64,000 nt of DNA, from positions 8,494,001-8,558,000 of the forward strand of contig NC_091289.1 of the NCBI RefSeq assembly GCF_032444005.1, written 5' to 3'. Under the pieces are notes generated by a model, which searched no databases, was not told the DNA's origin, and was given only the letters and a program-made list of their open reading frames with translations. Shown here piece after piece: positions 50,301 to 63,676 of the stretch; the stretch's first letter is position 1; each line of letters begins with the position of its first letter. The position numbers were made by a program, and so were the translations under genes. The stretch is from Ranitomeya imitator. Lineage: Eukaryota.

Positions 50301-53300
50301 ATATGGATCAGATCGGGGGGGGGGGGGGGGGGGGCACATACTTTTGTCATAGAGTATATTTATCAAACGAGCTCACAAGAAAAAAAAAAATGAGTTGAAT
50401 CCCAGGTGGGCACTAGGACCCCGCGTGGGTGATCCAGACACGTCCTGGCCCGGATCGCACACATCATCGGTCAGGGTGGATGGGATTTATTAGATTCAGT
50501 AAATGTAGGGACGTTACGGTCACTGTGGGGTGAATGTGAGAGGATGGGGGGGTATTGTGTGAGCAGAAATGGGGGAGGAAAAGCGGGGAGACATGATCTC
50601 CGTGCACTACTGCCCTCCGTCTTGTAGACCGCTGGTCGCTTTAAGCCTCTGGTCTGCAGGACGACCGCCGTGGCGCCAGAGCAGAACGTCAGCGTCCCGA
50701 CATGATGACTTCCACGCAATGCGTCGCCCGGACATGAGCCTGGGGATTAGGCGACCAGACCAGGGCTTTATTTCAGTTAAAACTTGTGATGTGACTGTGG
50801 GGACTTCATACGTTGTAGGGACTTTTGTAGGGGGCCCTCATAGTGTGGAGGCCATTAAACAGCTTAAGAGCCAATATGGTGGTCATTATATAATGTGGGT
50901 GCTTGTGTGGACCCATCATACTGTGTATAGGGGAGCTGCGGGCTCATCATACTGTGTATAGGGGAGCTGTGGACCCATCATACTGTGTATAAGGGAGCTG
51001 CAAGCCCATCATACTGTGTATAGGGGAGCTGTGGACCCATCATACTGTGTATAGGGGAGCACTGGACCCATCATACCGTGTATAGGGGAGCTGTGGACCC
51101 ATCATACGGTGTCTAGGGGAGCAGTGGGCCCATCATACTGTATATAGGGGAGCTGTGGGCCCATCATACTGTATATAGGGGAGCTGTGGGCCCATTATAC
51201 TGTGTATAGGGGAGCTGTGGGTCCATCATACTGTGTATAGGGGAGCTGTGGGCCCATCATACTGTATATAGGGGAGCTGTGGACCCATCATACTGTATAC
51301 AGGGGAGCTGTGGGACCATTATACTGTGCATAGGGGAGGTGTGGACCCATCATACTGTGTATTTCTAGGGCAGCTGCACAGGGCACTAATATTTTCTAGG
51401 GGGCAATTTTATCATCTAGAAAGCACAAAGAAGGCATTTGTCCTATGTAAGGGGCACAGTGGTGGGCATTACTATATGGGGCAGCGGCTCAAGATTAGGG
51501 TATCAGAAGGATGGGGATAGATGGTTACGGGGTCAGAAATGTAGAAGTCAAATGTGTCTTTGTTATAATCTCTCTAGAACAGTCCTGGCTGGAGAAGTTG
51601 TCATATCGGTCTGGGCCACATGGAAAAGACGGGAAAAGTGAATGATTCCATAAGAAAGAACGTCAGCGGTAAGTCACCATCTATAACATGTTCTGCAGGA
51701 CGGGTATCTTTATCCATTGCATACCCGATAGATCCTGTCCCGCTGCAGTTCATACATTCCTCCGCCGAGCGCTTCCCAGATCCATTACAGTCGTCACATT
51801 TCACCTAAAAGCAGAGGAAACACATAATATTCATTATACTCAGCCTGAATCCGCTCTATTCTGATACATTGTAACAACACTGCTCCATATAAAGAAGACA
51901 CTTTCCAGAACAATACAGAGGGGCCTAACAATAACAAACATCCCTGGGGCAGATGTCTCCCTATTTCTGCCCCTAAACACCCCCCCCCACCCCCTCCTCC
52001 CCCCCGCTACCTGTACATGGCAGCGCCCTCTGCTGGCGGTCAGTGGTACTACACCATCACACGCTCACCCGGCTGTTTCCGTTACATTTCTGGCAGATGA
52101 TTTTGCCTTTTCCGTTGCATTCTTGGCAGGACTGTAAGACAAGACCTGAGGATTAGATTCCTTTATCTCCATTGATTGTTATGTCGGTTTCCTTGCCGGA
52201 CTGTAATAACCTTCTTGGAAGTCGTGTGAGGAACGGGAAGTTTTTCAGTTTCATCATGGAAAAGGGTTGGAGTCTTCACGTGGATTTCCCAGGGCTGCGG
52301 GGTCGGACCTTTGTCAGGAGAGTCGAGGGCGTCCCCTGCAGGAAAATGCAGATTATTATATAGGGGAGAACGTGCAGACTGGAAACTGGCTGACTACCAA
52401 TATGGCCACCATTATAGCCAACTACAACCAATTATTCCAAACTCTTAAAGGGCAAAGTATTGATCACCTCTACTGATATGTAAGGGGGTGCAGCGCATGC
52501 CTCACTCCGCCATGTTATCCTCTGCACTAACCTGCAGTGCTACCTACTGCCACTAGATGTCACTACAGAGCCACAGATTATATAAGCAAGCAGGAAGGCG
52601 TCAGTGTGTGGCTGAGACCACCCTCAGGAACTTGGGGGTCCGCGTCCCTGACACTGCACCCCCATACACAGCAACGGTGTAAATGTGGGTGACAATCGCC
52701 AATATACAACAAACTCTGGATATCACTAACCAGACACAGGTTTAGACACCCATTCACATGACCGCGACTCTGTGAATGTTTCCAGGCGATACTAGAGGGG
52801 AAGGAAACAAAAAAAAGCAATAAGTAAACTGGGAGCAACAAAGTACAAAGAATGTGATCACTCCAAGGGAGCGAGTGCATGGGCAGACAGCTAGGGGGCA
52901 GCACTGACCCGGTAGGTGTTGTGGGGGCTGAGCTGAGTAATTTCCATCTCTTCTGCCGGGGAGGACCCATAACAGCACTGATCATTGGCGTAGTCCAGCA
53001 GGGCCCGCTTGGCCGTCTCCTGGCTGATGGCTGGAATCCTGCAGACAAAAAAAAAAGCCATCAGCGGTGCAGAGAGGTGACCTCACCGCCATGGGGCTCA
53101 TGTGTCCCATTCCATCCATGGCCACCTCCGCTGCCGACCGCACAACCTCTCCGCAGAATGCGACCTGGAGATAGAAGTGATACACTGTAACAAAGCAGCC
53201 ACTTACAACCAGTCCCGGTTTGTAGGAGCGGGTACATTGCCGGGTTCTGGTCCAAAAGGAGGTGGGGGAGGGAGAAATTTGCCATCTGGAAATAAAACAA

Positions 53301-54977
53301 AAAAAAGAGACAAACCCTGATTACACAAGAAGACATCGAAACTATTGTCCGTAACTAACATCTGCCTGATACTTCTCACAGCTGGGGGAACCCTGGGCAA
53401 TGACAGTATCTGGGCCCTTCGCCGTACAATCGTGTGTGATAGAAACGGCTTTGGAGGTAGATGTGGCCCTTTGCCTCTTGGGTTGCACTAATATTATGTC
53501 CACCTCTGGTTAAAGTTGTATCCACACTAGAGAATCCTCTGTGGCCTAAACAGCGCGGACCTCAGACTGATACAATGTATTCATGCTCAGATATCTGTAC
53601 TGGAATCAGCATGAAATCTCACCGAATATATTATAGACTGGATACAATTGTAACAAACCCTCAGCTGTGAGAGATGTTAGGTCTGTGTGGGGAATTTATC
53701 CTCTAAAGCCTCCGTCCCACAATGAATATTTAGTACGTTTTTGATGTTGTAGATTTTCGAGAAAGTTCAAGTAACCAATTTTACTACATCAAAAACTCAC
53801 CAAAAAGCTCATCCTGGGAACGTATAAAAGTCCCCGAGAACGATGCCGTTCACTGAGAGTCTGCGGAGGTCTTTAGATAGCAAGGAATTAACATACAAAG
53901 GATAGAAGAAGGATGCAGACATTGTTTCCATACATAAAACCTCTAGAGACTTGTGCAATGAAAATACTAGAAAATAGTAAATGAAGTCCCGGTACTCACG
54001 GCTGCCGTCTCCGGCCAATCCTTCATAGCCGGGGATGCCGGAAAACTGAGGGTAAGGCGCAATCTGAGGGGCGAGGGCATTTGTGTTCACTGTGGGGTAA
54101 TAGCCTGGAGCCCCCGCAGGGTTCATAGCGGGCGGGTACGGGCCCCCGGGGGGCATCGCTGCAATGATGGGAAAAGAGAAGGAAGATCTGCAGTCATTTC
54201 ATAGTTTGTGGAGGATCTTGTATTACACGCTGTGCTACGTTTACAGATGTTTTTATTTATTTTTTTCCCTGTATTGCAAATAAAATAACAAAATAGAAAA
54301 CTTTACAAAAAGGGTCATAATAAGGGGGTGGTCGCAAACTAGGGTAATAGGTTAAAAAAAATTGCAAAGTGCCGCAGTGCATGTAAAAACAAGCAATGTT
54401 GCCATTTACCTCTTAATAAAAACTGGCTCCATTCTTAAGAACAAAGGCATTTTTAATTGCACAGTTTACAGCTCATTGCCTAGGTTACCGGCCAACGCTG
54501 CTCAGGAGGTGGCAGGATGGCTGCAGCTTCGGTGTCCCTGTGCTGCTCCGGTGCTGGCGAGCCTGGGAACGCGCTCCGCAACCATACCGCCGGTCCCACC
54601 AGTCAAGAGTGCAGCACCTTCCAACAAGCAGGAGGCAGAGGAGCAGTGCACTTCCAAAAAGACTAGGCAACCCCTTGTAACATTTACTGTTTGCGGTATA
54701 CAGCTCCTATGCAGAGCTACGTGTCTACAGGGTCATTTATCAGTCTGGTTTTACACTTGTAGGTTACTTCACTGCCTGTCTATAGAGTGAAAACTATTGT
54801 AACTCATTGAATGTTGTAAAATAACAAAAAAACAAACAAACAACAATCTGCGTTCTGAATTCCTATCATTCATGATGAAAGCCTCCTCATGTATCCTTCA
54901 GTTAAGGCATTACCTGGATTCATGGGGTATCCCGGCTGGAAAGGGGGAGCATGTTGTCCATAATTTGGCATATCCAT
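47309..54977 (-). CDS. SSUH2: SSUH2 homolog, paralog A (12 coding exons, 402 aa, ends CCCVIL*)
   Basis: Exons (5' to 3'): 54977-54914, 54158-54000, 53285-53207, 53038-52909, 52791-52731, 52335-52211, 52131-52069, 51804-51725, 50002-49910, 49676-49571, 49493-49386, 47449-47309. All introns are GT-AG and phases are continuous; total 1209 nt. Peptides include IPGYEG, ALLDYANDQCCYGSSPAEEM, YRLETFTESR, PQPWEIHV..VPHT, six CxxC(xGxG) motifs, KNNLYEF, RQVIELLPLTKVEY..YPATCCCVIL, all characteristic of SSUH2/C3orf32. The symbol is family-level. Confidence 0.93.
47495..49339. repeat. second array of the same 35-bp minisatellite (about 52 copies), in the last intron of paralog A
   Basis: Same unit and same orientation as 1-3673. 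Confidence 0.97.
50913..51360. repeat. 31-bp minisatellite (catcatactgtgtataggggagctgtggacc), about 14 copies, intron 8 of paralog A
   Basis: Direct periodicity. Confidence 0.93.
53510..53670. mobile_element. short palindromic repeat family (ctcacagctgagggtttgttacaattgtatccagtct and its inverse); related copies near 15020, 20840, 21935, 37415, 38350, 39870, 57955
   Basis: Shared tttgttacaatgtatc / gatacattgtaacaaac and ctcagctgtgag motifs in at least 8 dispersed places. Confidence 0.65.
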
Positions 54978-55069
54978 GTTTCTGGTTGAATTAAAACAAG
55001 CAAACAAAAAAAAAGTAAATGACTTAATTATTATTTTTCAATGAGGAAAAATGTAATTTATATGTGCAT

Positions 55070-55083
55070 CCAGCAGAGGGCGC
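55070..55083 (+). promoter_or_regulatory. CTCF consensus site (ccagcagagggcgc) about 90 nt upstream of the ATG exon of paralog A; others at 52023-52038 (-), 14191-14202 (+), 14259-14272 (-), 13622-13637 (-)
   Basis: Close matches to the vertebrate CTCF core CCAS[C/T]AG[A/G][G/T]GGC[G/A]; binding not shown. Confidence 0.5.
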
Positions 55084-55920
55084 ACAGCTAAATCAGAAAA
55101 CTGCTACCAGGGAACAACTTTCTGTTGGGTGACCACAGTTATTAATGGTTACAATGTTATCTTTGTGCAAAAGTTTGTTACATTGTTTCACTGAGGCAGA
55201 TGTAAGAAGATAGCCCACCAAACCCTCCGTATCCCCCTCTTCTGCACAGGTTTACACATAACGTGTCAATCACGCGCCCCGATGCCGGATCCATTGTCCG
55301 GGAAAGCAGCGATATTTGGCAGCTTTCACATTCTCTGCTCTTATTATGACTCTGGCAGGATTTCCCCAGAGACTCATCAGATTTCATATCAGAATTCTGC
55401 AAATTGACTGCGCAATGAACTTCATGAAAAGTGTGGATGTGCTCAGACTTGTGAAGCCTCAAGATACAGCGTCAATTATATAGGTCATACGCTAACGGGG
55501 TGAACAGGTCACCGTCACCCCCAAGCCCTGCAGTCTGAGGGGCCCCGATGTCCCTGTGCTAAATACAGACATCCCACCATTATACATGGTCTCTGACTCT
55601 CTATAGAGATTAGCACTAAATATGACTATAGAGTGTGGGGCCCGTTACTGATTTACTTTTATGGCCGCTGTGAAAAAAATAGGGATTTTTGACCTAGCTT
55701 AGGGTCCACACTTGTGAAGCGGTTAATAGGACCCCCTGTTTTTTTATAGATAGATAGATATCTCTATCTCTATAGTTCTTAGGTTACCCTGACGTAATTA
55801 ATAAAGATAGCAGCAACACACAAGCACCACTAGGGGGAGCTCACTGCATTCAGATTATACAGTTGAATCAATCAGTACATATTGAGCTCCCCCTTGAGGT
55901 GACAGTATAAATCTAAATGC

Positions 55921-56940
55921 AATGAGCTCCCCCTAGTGGTGACTGTATAAATCTGTATGTAGTGAGCTCCCTCTAGTGGTGGCTGTATAGATCTGTATGT
56001 AGTGAGCTCCCCCTAGTTGTGGCTGTATAGATCTATATGAAGCGAGTTCCTTCTAGGGGAGGATGTATAAATCTGTATGTAGTGAACTCCCCCAAGTGGT
56101 GGCTATATAACTGTATGGAGTGAGCTCCCCCTAGTGGTGTCTGTATAAATCCGTATGTAGTGAGCTACCTCTAGTGGTGACTGTATAAATCTGTATATAG
56201 TGAGCTCTCCCTAGTGGTGACTGTATAAATCTATGTAGTGAGCTCCCTCTAGTGGTGACTGTATAAATCTGTATGTAGTGAGCTCCCTCTAGTGGTGGCT
56301 GTATAAATCTGTATGTAGTGAGCTCCCTCTAGTGGTGACTGTATAAATCTGTATGTAGTGAGCTCCCTCTAGTGGTGGCTGTATAGATCTGTATGTAGTG
56401 AGCTCCCCCTAGTTGTGGCTGTATAGATCTATATGAAGCGAGTTCCTTCTAGGGGAGGATGTATAAATCTGTATGTAGTGAACTCCCCCAAGTGGTGGCT
56501 ATATAACTGTATGGAGTGAGCTCCCCCTAGTGGTGTCTGTATAAATCCGTATGTAGTGAGCTCCCTCTAGTGGTGACTGTATAAATCTGTATATAGTGAG
56601 CTCTCCCTAGTGGTGACTGTATAAATCTATGTAGTGAGCTCCTCCTAGTGGTGACTGTATAAATCTGTATGTAGTGAGCTCCCTCTAGTGGTGGCTGTAT
56701 AAATCTGTATGTAATGAGCTCCCTCTAGTGGTGGCTGTATAAATCTGTATGTAGCGAGCTCCCTCTAGTGGTGGCTGTATAAATCTGTATGCAGTGAGCT
56801 CCCCCTAGGGGTGGCTGTATAAATCTGTATGTAGTGAGCTCCTCCTAGTGGTGGCTGTATAAATCTGTATGTAATGAGCTCCCTCTAGTGGTGACTGTAT
56901 AAATCTGTATGCAGTGAACTCCTCCTAGTGGTGGCTGCAG
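55921..56940. repeat. 40-bp minisatellite (gagctccc[c/t]ctagtggtggctgtataaatctgtatgtagt), about 25 copies
   Basis: Period 40; shares the gagctccccctagtggtggctg core with the 57-bp array. Confidence 0.95.
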
Positions 56941-58689
56941 TCAGTCAAATCTATTGTACATTATTACATACAAAAATCAGATCAGATATTAGGACATGAA
57001 TCAGGATTGTGAGCCTAAAGATGGTGAACTGAAGCAAAAATGTAAAGTTTCTCCTGAAATGTTTGTTCATCAATTCATCTTTGTAAAAGTCATGATTCCT
57101 CCCCAACCCGGAATCCTGTGCGAGGCCGAGGGATAGAACAAGCGATCAGATAGAGCCGAGGGTGTAATCATCTATACATAGCACTACAGGGGACCAGAGG
57201 GTTAACTGTGGTGTTACATAGGACTGCAGGTGACATATACTACATTATATTTACTCAGAGTTATCCCTTGTTACATAGGACTGCAAATGTACAGTCTGCG
57301 ATTTTGCTGCAGTCTTTCCTAAAGATGAATGGGAACCACACATTCCTGCGCCTGCCGTGGAACTACAACCCCCAGCATCCTCGGAGCAGTGACACATTGG
57401 CAGCTTTCTCGACTTTCCTGCATTATGGGATCGGCCATTCGTCTTGTACCGGCTGAGAAGTTGCAGGACACGGACGACCGATGGCAGCGGTGCACTGCGC
57501 AGGGGTGCACTGCGCAGGGGTCTGTGTCCGGCCCTTGTGCACGGTGTGTAGTTTCTGTGCCCGGCTATAAATACATAACCTTTACATGAGGCCGATCACG
57601 TTACCGTGACCCGATGGCGCAGGCTCCAGTCCTGTCACATTGGGCTCAGCTGTTCTCATGGACCTGGGCGTCAGAGCCGTGTTCTGCGTCTGGTAACGGC
57701 GCTACTCTGCTTACGGGTCACAGCGGCCGCACCATTTCTAGTCACTACAATATTCTCCAAGTCACTGTTCATCCTGATCCTCCTGGTCCATGAACCGCTT
57801 GCCAGAGCCAATATTGTGCCGGACACGCAGTAAGGCCGTGTTCACACATTGCAGATTCTGTCACGATTTAGGCACGGATTCTTCCGACAACTAATGAAGT
57901 TAATCTACGAAATCCGCAGTGGATGTGGCGAGGCGGAAACCGTCAGACTGAACAGTTCTCACAGCTGCAGGATTGTTACAGTTGTATCCAGTCCAGACAA
58001 TGGGAGCTGAACTGATGAGCACAGATCTCTCCTGTCCTGATACAATGTATCAGCCTGAAGTTTAGAGGATTCCCGGACGGATACAATGTAGCAAACTGAT
58101 AACCGGTGAATTAATCACTGTATGATCAGGGCGACCGCGGCCATTGGTCATGTGACCAGACATAGATCAATGGCGGCACTGTCACTATCAGTTATTGATG
58201 GCCGTACATCTCCATGTACACGAAGGGTTAAAGAACGATCCACTGCAGAGGGGCACACCCAGGAACCACTATAAGGGGCACATAGTACTGGGGGTCCAGC
58301 TAAAGATCCTGCAGAGCCAGAGTTTCTCCTTCTGTATCCAATCTGATAACATCCCCATACTATGTCTATCAGGTCTGGTCCTCCAGTCACAGCCAAAGCT
58401 GCATTCTCACATTCTCTTACTTTTCCAGAATTGCCGTTAAGCTCCGCTGATTGATATTGGGACATGAGCATTTTTAATGCAGCTTTAGATGTGAGCAGAG
58501 CAGACAAAGCAGAATTTACAATGTGTCACAATAATACATGGAGATTGGGAAACTGAAAAATGAACTCATTATAAAGCAAAGTTCAGGAGTCACAGGAAGC
58601 ATCACACTGACCTGTGTCAGCTCCATGCAGTCTATTGTTCTCTGTTATCAGTCAGTGCTGAGACCCTCCAGAGACATGATTTATTGCTA

Positions 58690-59240
58690 TGCTTGGCTTG
58701 TATAGCGCCTTCATATTCCGCAGCGCTGTACAGACATCTTTACTGTCCTGATCATCTACATTCCCCATCAGTCTTTAGGCTATGTGCACACGCTGCGGAT
58801 TACTCTGCACACGCTGCGGATTACTCTGCAGATTTTTTCGGACTGATTTTTGTAAATCCGCAGGTAATCCACACTGCGGATTTCCTGCGGAATTACCGAG
58901 TTTTTTTTTTTGCAAATTCCACCTGTGGTTTTACACCTGCGGATTCCTATTCTGGAGCAGGTGTAAACCGCTGTGGAATCCGCACAAAGAATTGACATGC
59001 TGCGGAATAAACAACGCTACGTTTCCCCACGCGTTTTTTTTCCCCGCAGCATATGCACTGCGGATTTTGTTTTCCATAGGTTTACATGGTACTGTACAAT
59101 GCATGGAAAACTGCTGCGGATCTGCAGCAAAATCTGCAGCGTGTGCACATAGGCTTAGAGTGTGGGAGGAAACCGGAGAACCCGGGGGAAACCCACACAA
59201 ACACGGGGAGAACATACAAAGTCCTCGCAGATGTCGTCCT
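58690..59240 (-). mobile_element. V-SINE/DANA-like SINE (split by the MITE)
   Basis: gagtgtgggaggaaaccggagaacccgggggaaacccacacaaacacggggagaacatacaaa resembles the reverse complement of the conserved V-domain; tail-like tatagcgcc..catattccgcagcgct at the left, with a related fragment at about 45655-45690. Confidence 0.7.
58778..59154. mobile_element. Harbinger-type MITE inserted into a SINE
   Basis: TIRs ggctatgtgcacacgctgc / gcagcgtgtgcacataggc; TTA on both flanks. Confidence 0.85.
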
Positions 59241-61328
59241 TGGTGGGATTTGACATTTACATCTATATAACCTGTACAGGTGCAGAGCTCTCGGCCAACA
59301 TGGCAGAAGCAGTACCAGCCCCGGCCCACCATGTGTGCAGCAGAGGGGCCCTCAGACACGGGGTCCAGGGGTGACCGCTACCTCTGCGCCCCTATAGCTT
59401 CCTTACAAGCTGCCCGCTGAGGGGGTTTCTGCTCCATAGACTATAGCCATCCTGTGCGCCCCCCTGGCATGAGTGTTCCCACCCTAATGTGCCCCCATCA
59501 TAGAACCATTGCATCTCCAAGGGGGCGTCCTGCAAAACTTATCACTGTGCACAATAGTCTGCAGAGCATCTAAACCCAAAATCTCCATAAGCAGAAATGT
59601 TTGACACCAACTTCCCCAGGGTGTAAATACCCAGACAGGAATCTTAGGGGGTGCAAAAAAAAAAAAGAAAAAAGATATGAAGTCCTAAATCATCATTAGG
59701 CTATGTTCACACGTTGCATTTTTTTTCTGCAGGAATCCTGCTCTATCGGCAGTAAAGAAGCTGCGTATATTGTCTCTTGTGGATAAAGTTTAGCGCCCCC
59801 AAAAGTCATGATACAACTTCCATAAGGTTTTTGCACCAAACACAGAAAACCCCGATACCTGCATTTTTTGTTGTATTTTCGCACTTACTCGTTGCTTTCT
59901 ATGGGTGAAAAAAACGCTGAAAGAAGGGACAGGCTGCAGTTTGCAAAAACGCAATTTTCTAAATCAGTCAGGAAAAGAAAACCAATGTGTGCATGAGATT
60001 TCTGAAGTCTCATAGGCTTTGCTGGTGGATGGCATCAGAGTACAGTCCGGTGCCATCTGTCCATGTTTAACATTGCAAAGTATAGGAGAAACTGTAACAC
60101 TGAGGCACAACACTGCTGGCAGTCCCATGTAAAACTACAGACAAGGAGATCACCAGGAAATTTACTGTATCTCTACATCAAACCTAATAAAGAGCAACAG
60201 ATGAGATATCTGAAACTCTCCCCGAGATCCCCCCGGATCCCCCCACTGGAGATCCCCCCGGATCCCCCCACTGTGGGCAGAGGCCTCATGGCCCCTCTCT
60301 CCAGAGCTGGAATGTGAGGAAGGTCTGGGGGGGATGGGTGGTGGAAGGGAATGCATTATCTAGATTGGATTCTTTGTATCACTTCATTGTGGAATCAAAC
60401 AATATCTGATACATCGAGATACAAAATATTCACAGAAAACAGGACGCAAATTGATACAATGTTGCACAAATCAGTAATAATGCTCATAGAGGGGCGGACA
60501 CCGGGAGAAGGGGTCGGGGTGAGACCACAGGGGTCCGGTGTAGTCATGTGATGCCCCCTGTCTGCGCCTGCCAGGAGCTGGATGTGGCCCCCTATGTTTG
60601 TCCGCCCCCGGATCAATTAGGACGTTTCCTTTGCAGTAGATTTTTTGGGGGCTCATTGAACAAATTAACATTAAAAAACAAACAAAAAAAAACCAAACAC
60701 AACTCTTTGGATTTTCTAGAAATATTGCAGACACGGAATCTGCGACGTTTCACAATAGCAGCAAAGTGGATGAGATTTTACTGAATAATTAAAATAAAAA
60801 TCAGCGCACAGTCTGAGCAGAAATTACTGGGGGAGCGAAGGTGGGGTCCCCAGAAAGTGTGTAGGGCGCGGTGCACCCATGAGACCACCCGGGACGGTGG
60901 GATCTGGTGGGATCCGGCTCCTGGTGACCCATAATATACTGTGATCTGCTCTTACCCCTCAGTGTGGAGGCTCCTCCGGCCCCAGATCCGGATCTGCTGC
61001 ACTTGTTTTCGCTTTTTTCTTTTCAGGGGGATATTGAGTTAAATGGAGACCCACCCTGTTAACTCTATGAGTGCCAGCACCATTTCCTATCCTAGGAGAG
61101 GGGAGGAGTAGATAATATGGTGCAGGACTGTACACCGGCCACACCGAGCGCAGACTGCAGCCGATCGGTTAGGAGACGATAAAATGTTAAAAGTTGAGCA
61201 AAAATATTCCCAGGACCCTGGTCCAGCGATGATGGCGGCAGCCTGTGGCTACGAGACCAGAAACGGGGACTCTCCCGTCGTCTCTTCTGATTCGTCGGCC
61301 TCCGTGACGTCATGTGTGCAGAGCGCCT

Positions 61329-63676
61329 ATATATAAGTGACATCATGCGCCACTATATAATGACATCATGCGCCACTATATAAGTGACATCATGCGCCAC
61401 TATATAATGACATCATGCGCCACTATATAAGTGACATCATGCGCCACTATATAAGTGACATCATGCGCCACTATATAATGACATCATGCGCCACTATATA
61501 AGTGACATCATGCGCCACTATATAATGACATCATGCGCCACTATATAATGACATCATGCGCCACTATATAATGACATCATGCGCCACTATATAAGTGACA
61601 TCATGCGCCACTATATAAGTGACATCATGCGCCACTATATAATGACATCATGCGCCACTATATAATGACACCATGCGCCACTATATAATGACATCATGCG
61701 CCACTATATAATGACATCATGCGCCACTATATAATGACATCATGCGCCACTATATAAGTGACATCATGCGTCACTACATAAGTGACATCATGCGTCACTA
61801 TAGAATGACATCATGCGCCACTATATAATGACATCATGCGCCACTATATAATGACATCATGCGCCACTATATAATGACATCATGCGCCACTACATAAGTG
61901 ACATCATGCGTCACTACATAAGTGACATCATGCGTCACTATAGAATGACATCATGCGCCACTATAGAATGACATCATGCGCCACTATATAATGACATCAT
62001 GCACCACTATATAATGACATCATGCACCACTATATAATGACATCATGCGCCACTATATAATGACATCATGCGCCACTACATAAGTGACATCATGCGCCAC
62101 TACATAAGTGACATCATGCGCCACTACATAAGTGACATCATGCATCACTATATAATGACACCATGCGCCACTATATAATGACATCATGCGCCACTATATA
62201 ATGACATCATGCGCCACTATATAATGACATCATGCACCACTATATGACATCATGCACCACTATATAATGACATCATGTGCCACTATATAATGACATCATG
62301 CACCACTATATGACATCATGTGCCACTATATAATGACATCATGTGCCACTATATAATGACATCATGCGCCACTATATAATGACATCATGCGCCACTACAT
62401 AAGTGACATCATGCGTCACTACATAAGTGACATCATGCGTCACTATAGAATGACATCATGCGCCACTATAGAATGACATCATGCGCCACTATATAATGAC
62501 ATCATGCACCACTATATAATGACATCATGCGCCACTACATAAGTGACATCATGCGCCACTACATAAGTGACATCATGCATCACTATATAATGACACCATG
62601 CGCCACTATATAATGACATCATGCGCCACTATAGAATGACATCATGCGCCACTATAGAATGACATCATGCGCCACTATATAATGACATCATGCACCACTA
62701 TATAATGACATCATGCGCCACTATATAATGACATCATGCGCCACTACATAAGTGACATCATGCGCCACTACATAAGTGACATCATGCGCCACTACATAAG
62801 TGACATCATGCATCACTATATAATGACACCATGCGCCACTATATAATGACATCATGCGCCACTATATAATGACATCATGCGCCACTATATAATGACATCA
62901 TGCACCACTATATGACATCATGCACCACTATATAATGACATCATGTGCCACTATATAATGACATCATGCACCACTATATGACATCATGTGCCACTATATA
63001 ATGACATCATGTGCCACTATATAATGACATCATGCGCCACTATATAATGACATCATGCGCCACTACATAAGTGACATCATGCGTCACTACATAAGTGACA
63101 TCATGCGTCACTATAGAATGACATCATGCGCCACTATAGAATGACATCATGCGCCACTATATAATGACATCATGCACCACTATATAATGACATCATGCGC
63201 CACTACATAAGTGACATCATGCGCCACTACATAAGTGACATCATGCATCACTATATAATGACACCATGCGCCACTATATAATGACATCATGCGCCACTAT
63301 ATAATGACATCATGCACCACTATATGACATCATGCGCCACTATATAATGACATCATGCGCCACTATATAATGACATCATGTGCCACTATATCAGTGACAT
63401 CATGCGCCAATATATAAGTGACATCACGCGCCAATATATGTGACGTCACGTGCCACTACATAACTAACATCATGCGCCACTATATAATGACATCATGCAC
63501 CACTATATGACATCATGCGCCACTATATAATGACATCATGCGCCACTATATAATGACATCATGCGCCACTATATGACATCATGCGCCACTATATAATGAC
63601 ATCATGTGCCAATATATAAGTGACATCACGCGCGAATATATAAGTGATATCACGCGCCACTACATAATGACATCAC
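61329..63676. repeat. 23/24-bp minisatellite (tatataa[g]tgacatcatgcgccac), about 100 copies
   Basis: Direct periodicity with higher-order blocks. Confidence 0.96.

Noticed and set aside
57000-61300. Search for a neighbouring gene such as CAV3, or rRNA/tRNA genes
   Set aside because: No recognisable peptide or structured-RNA sequence was found; the short ORFs here are unsupported
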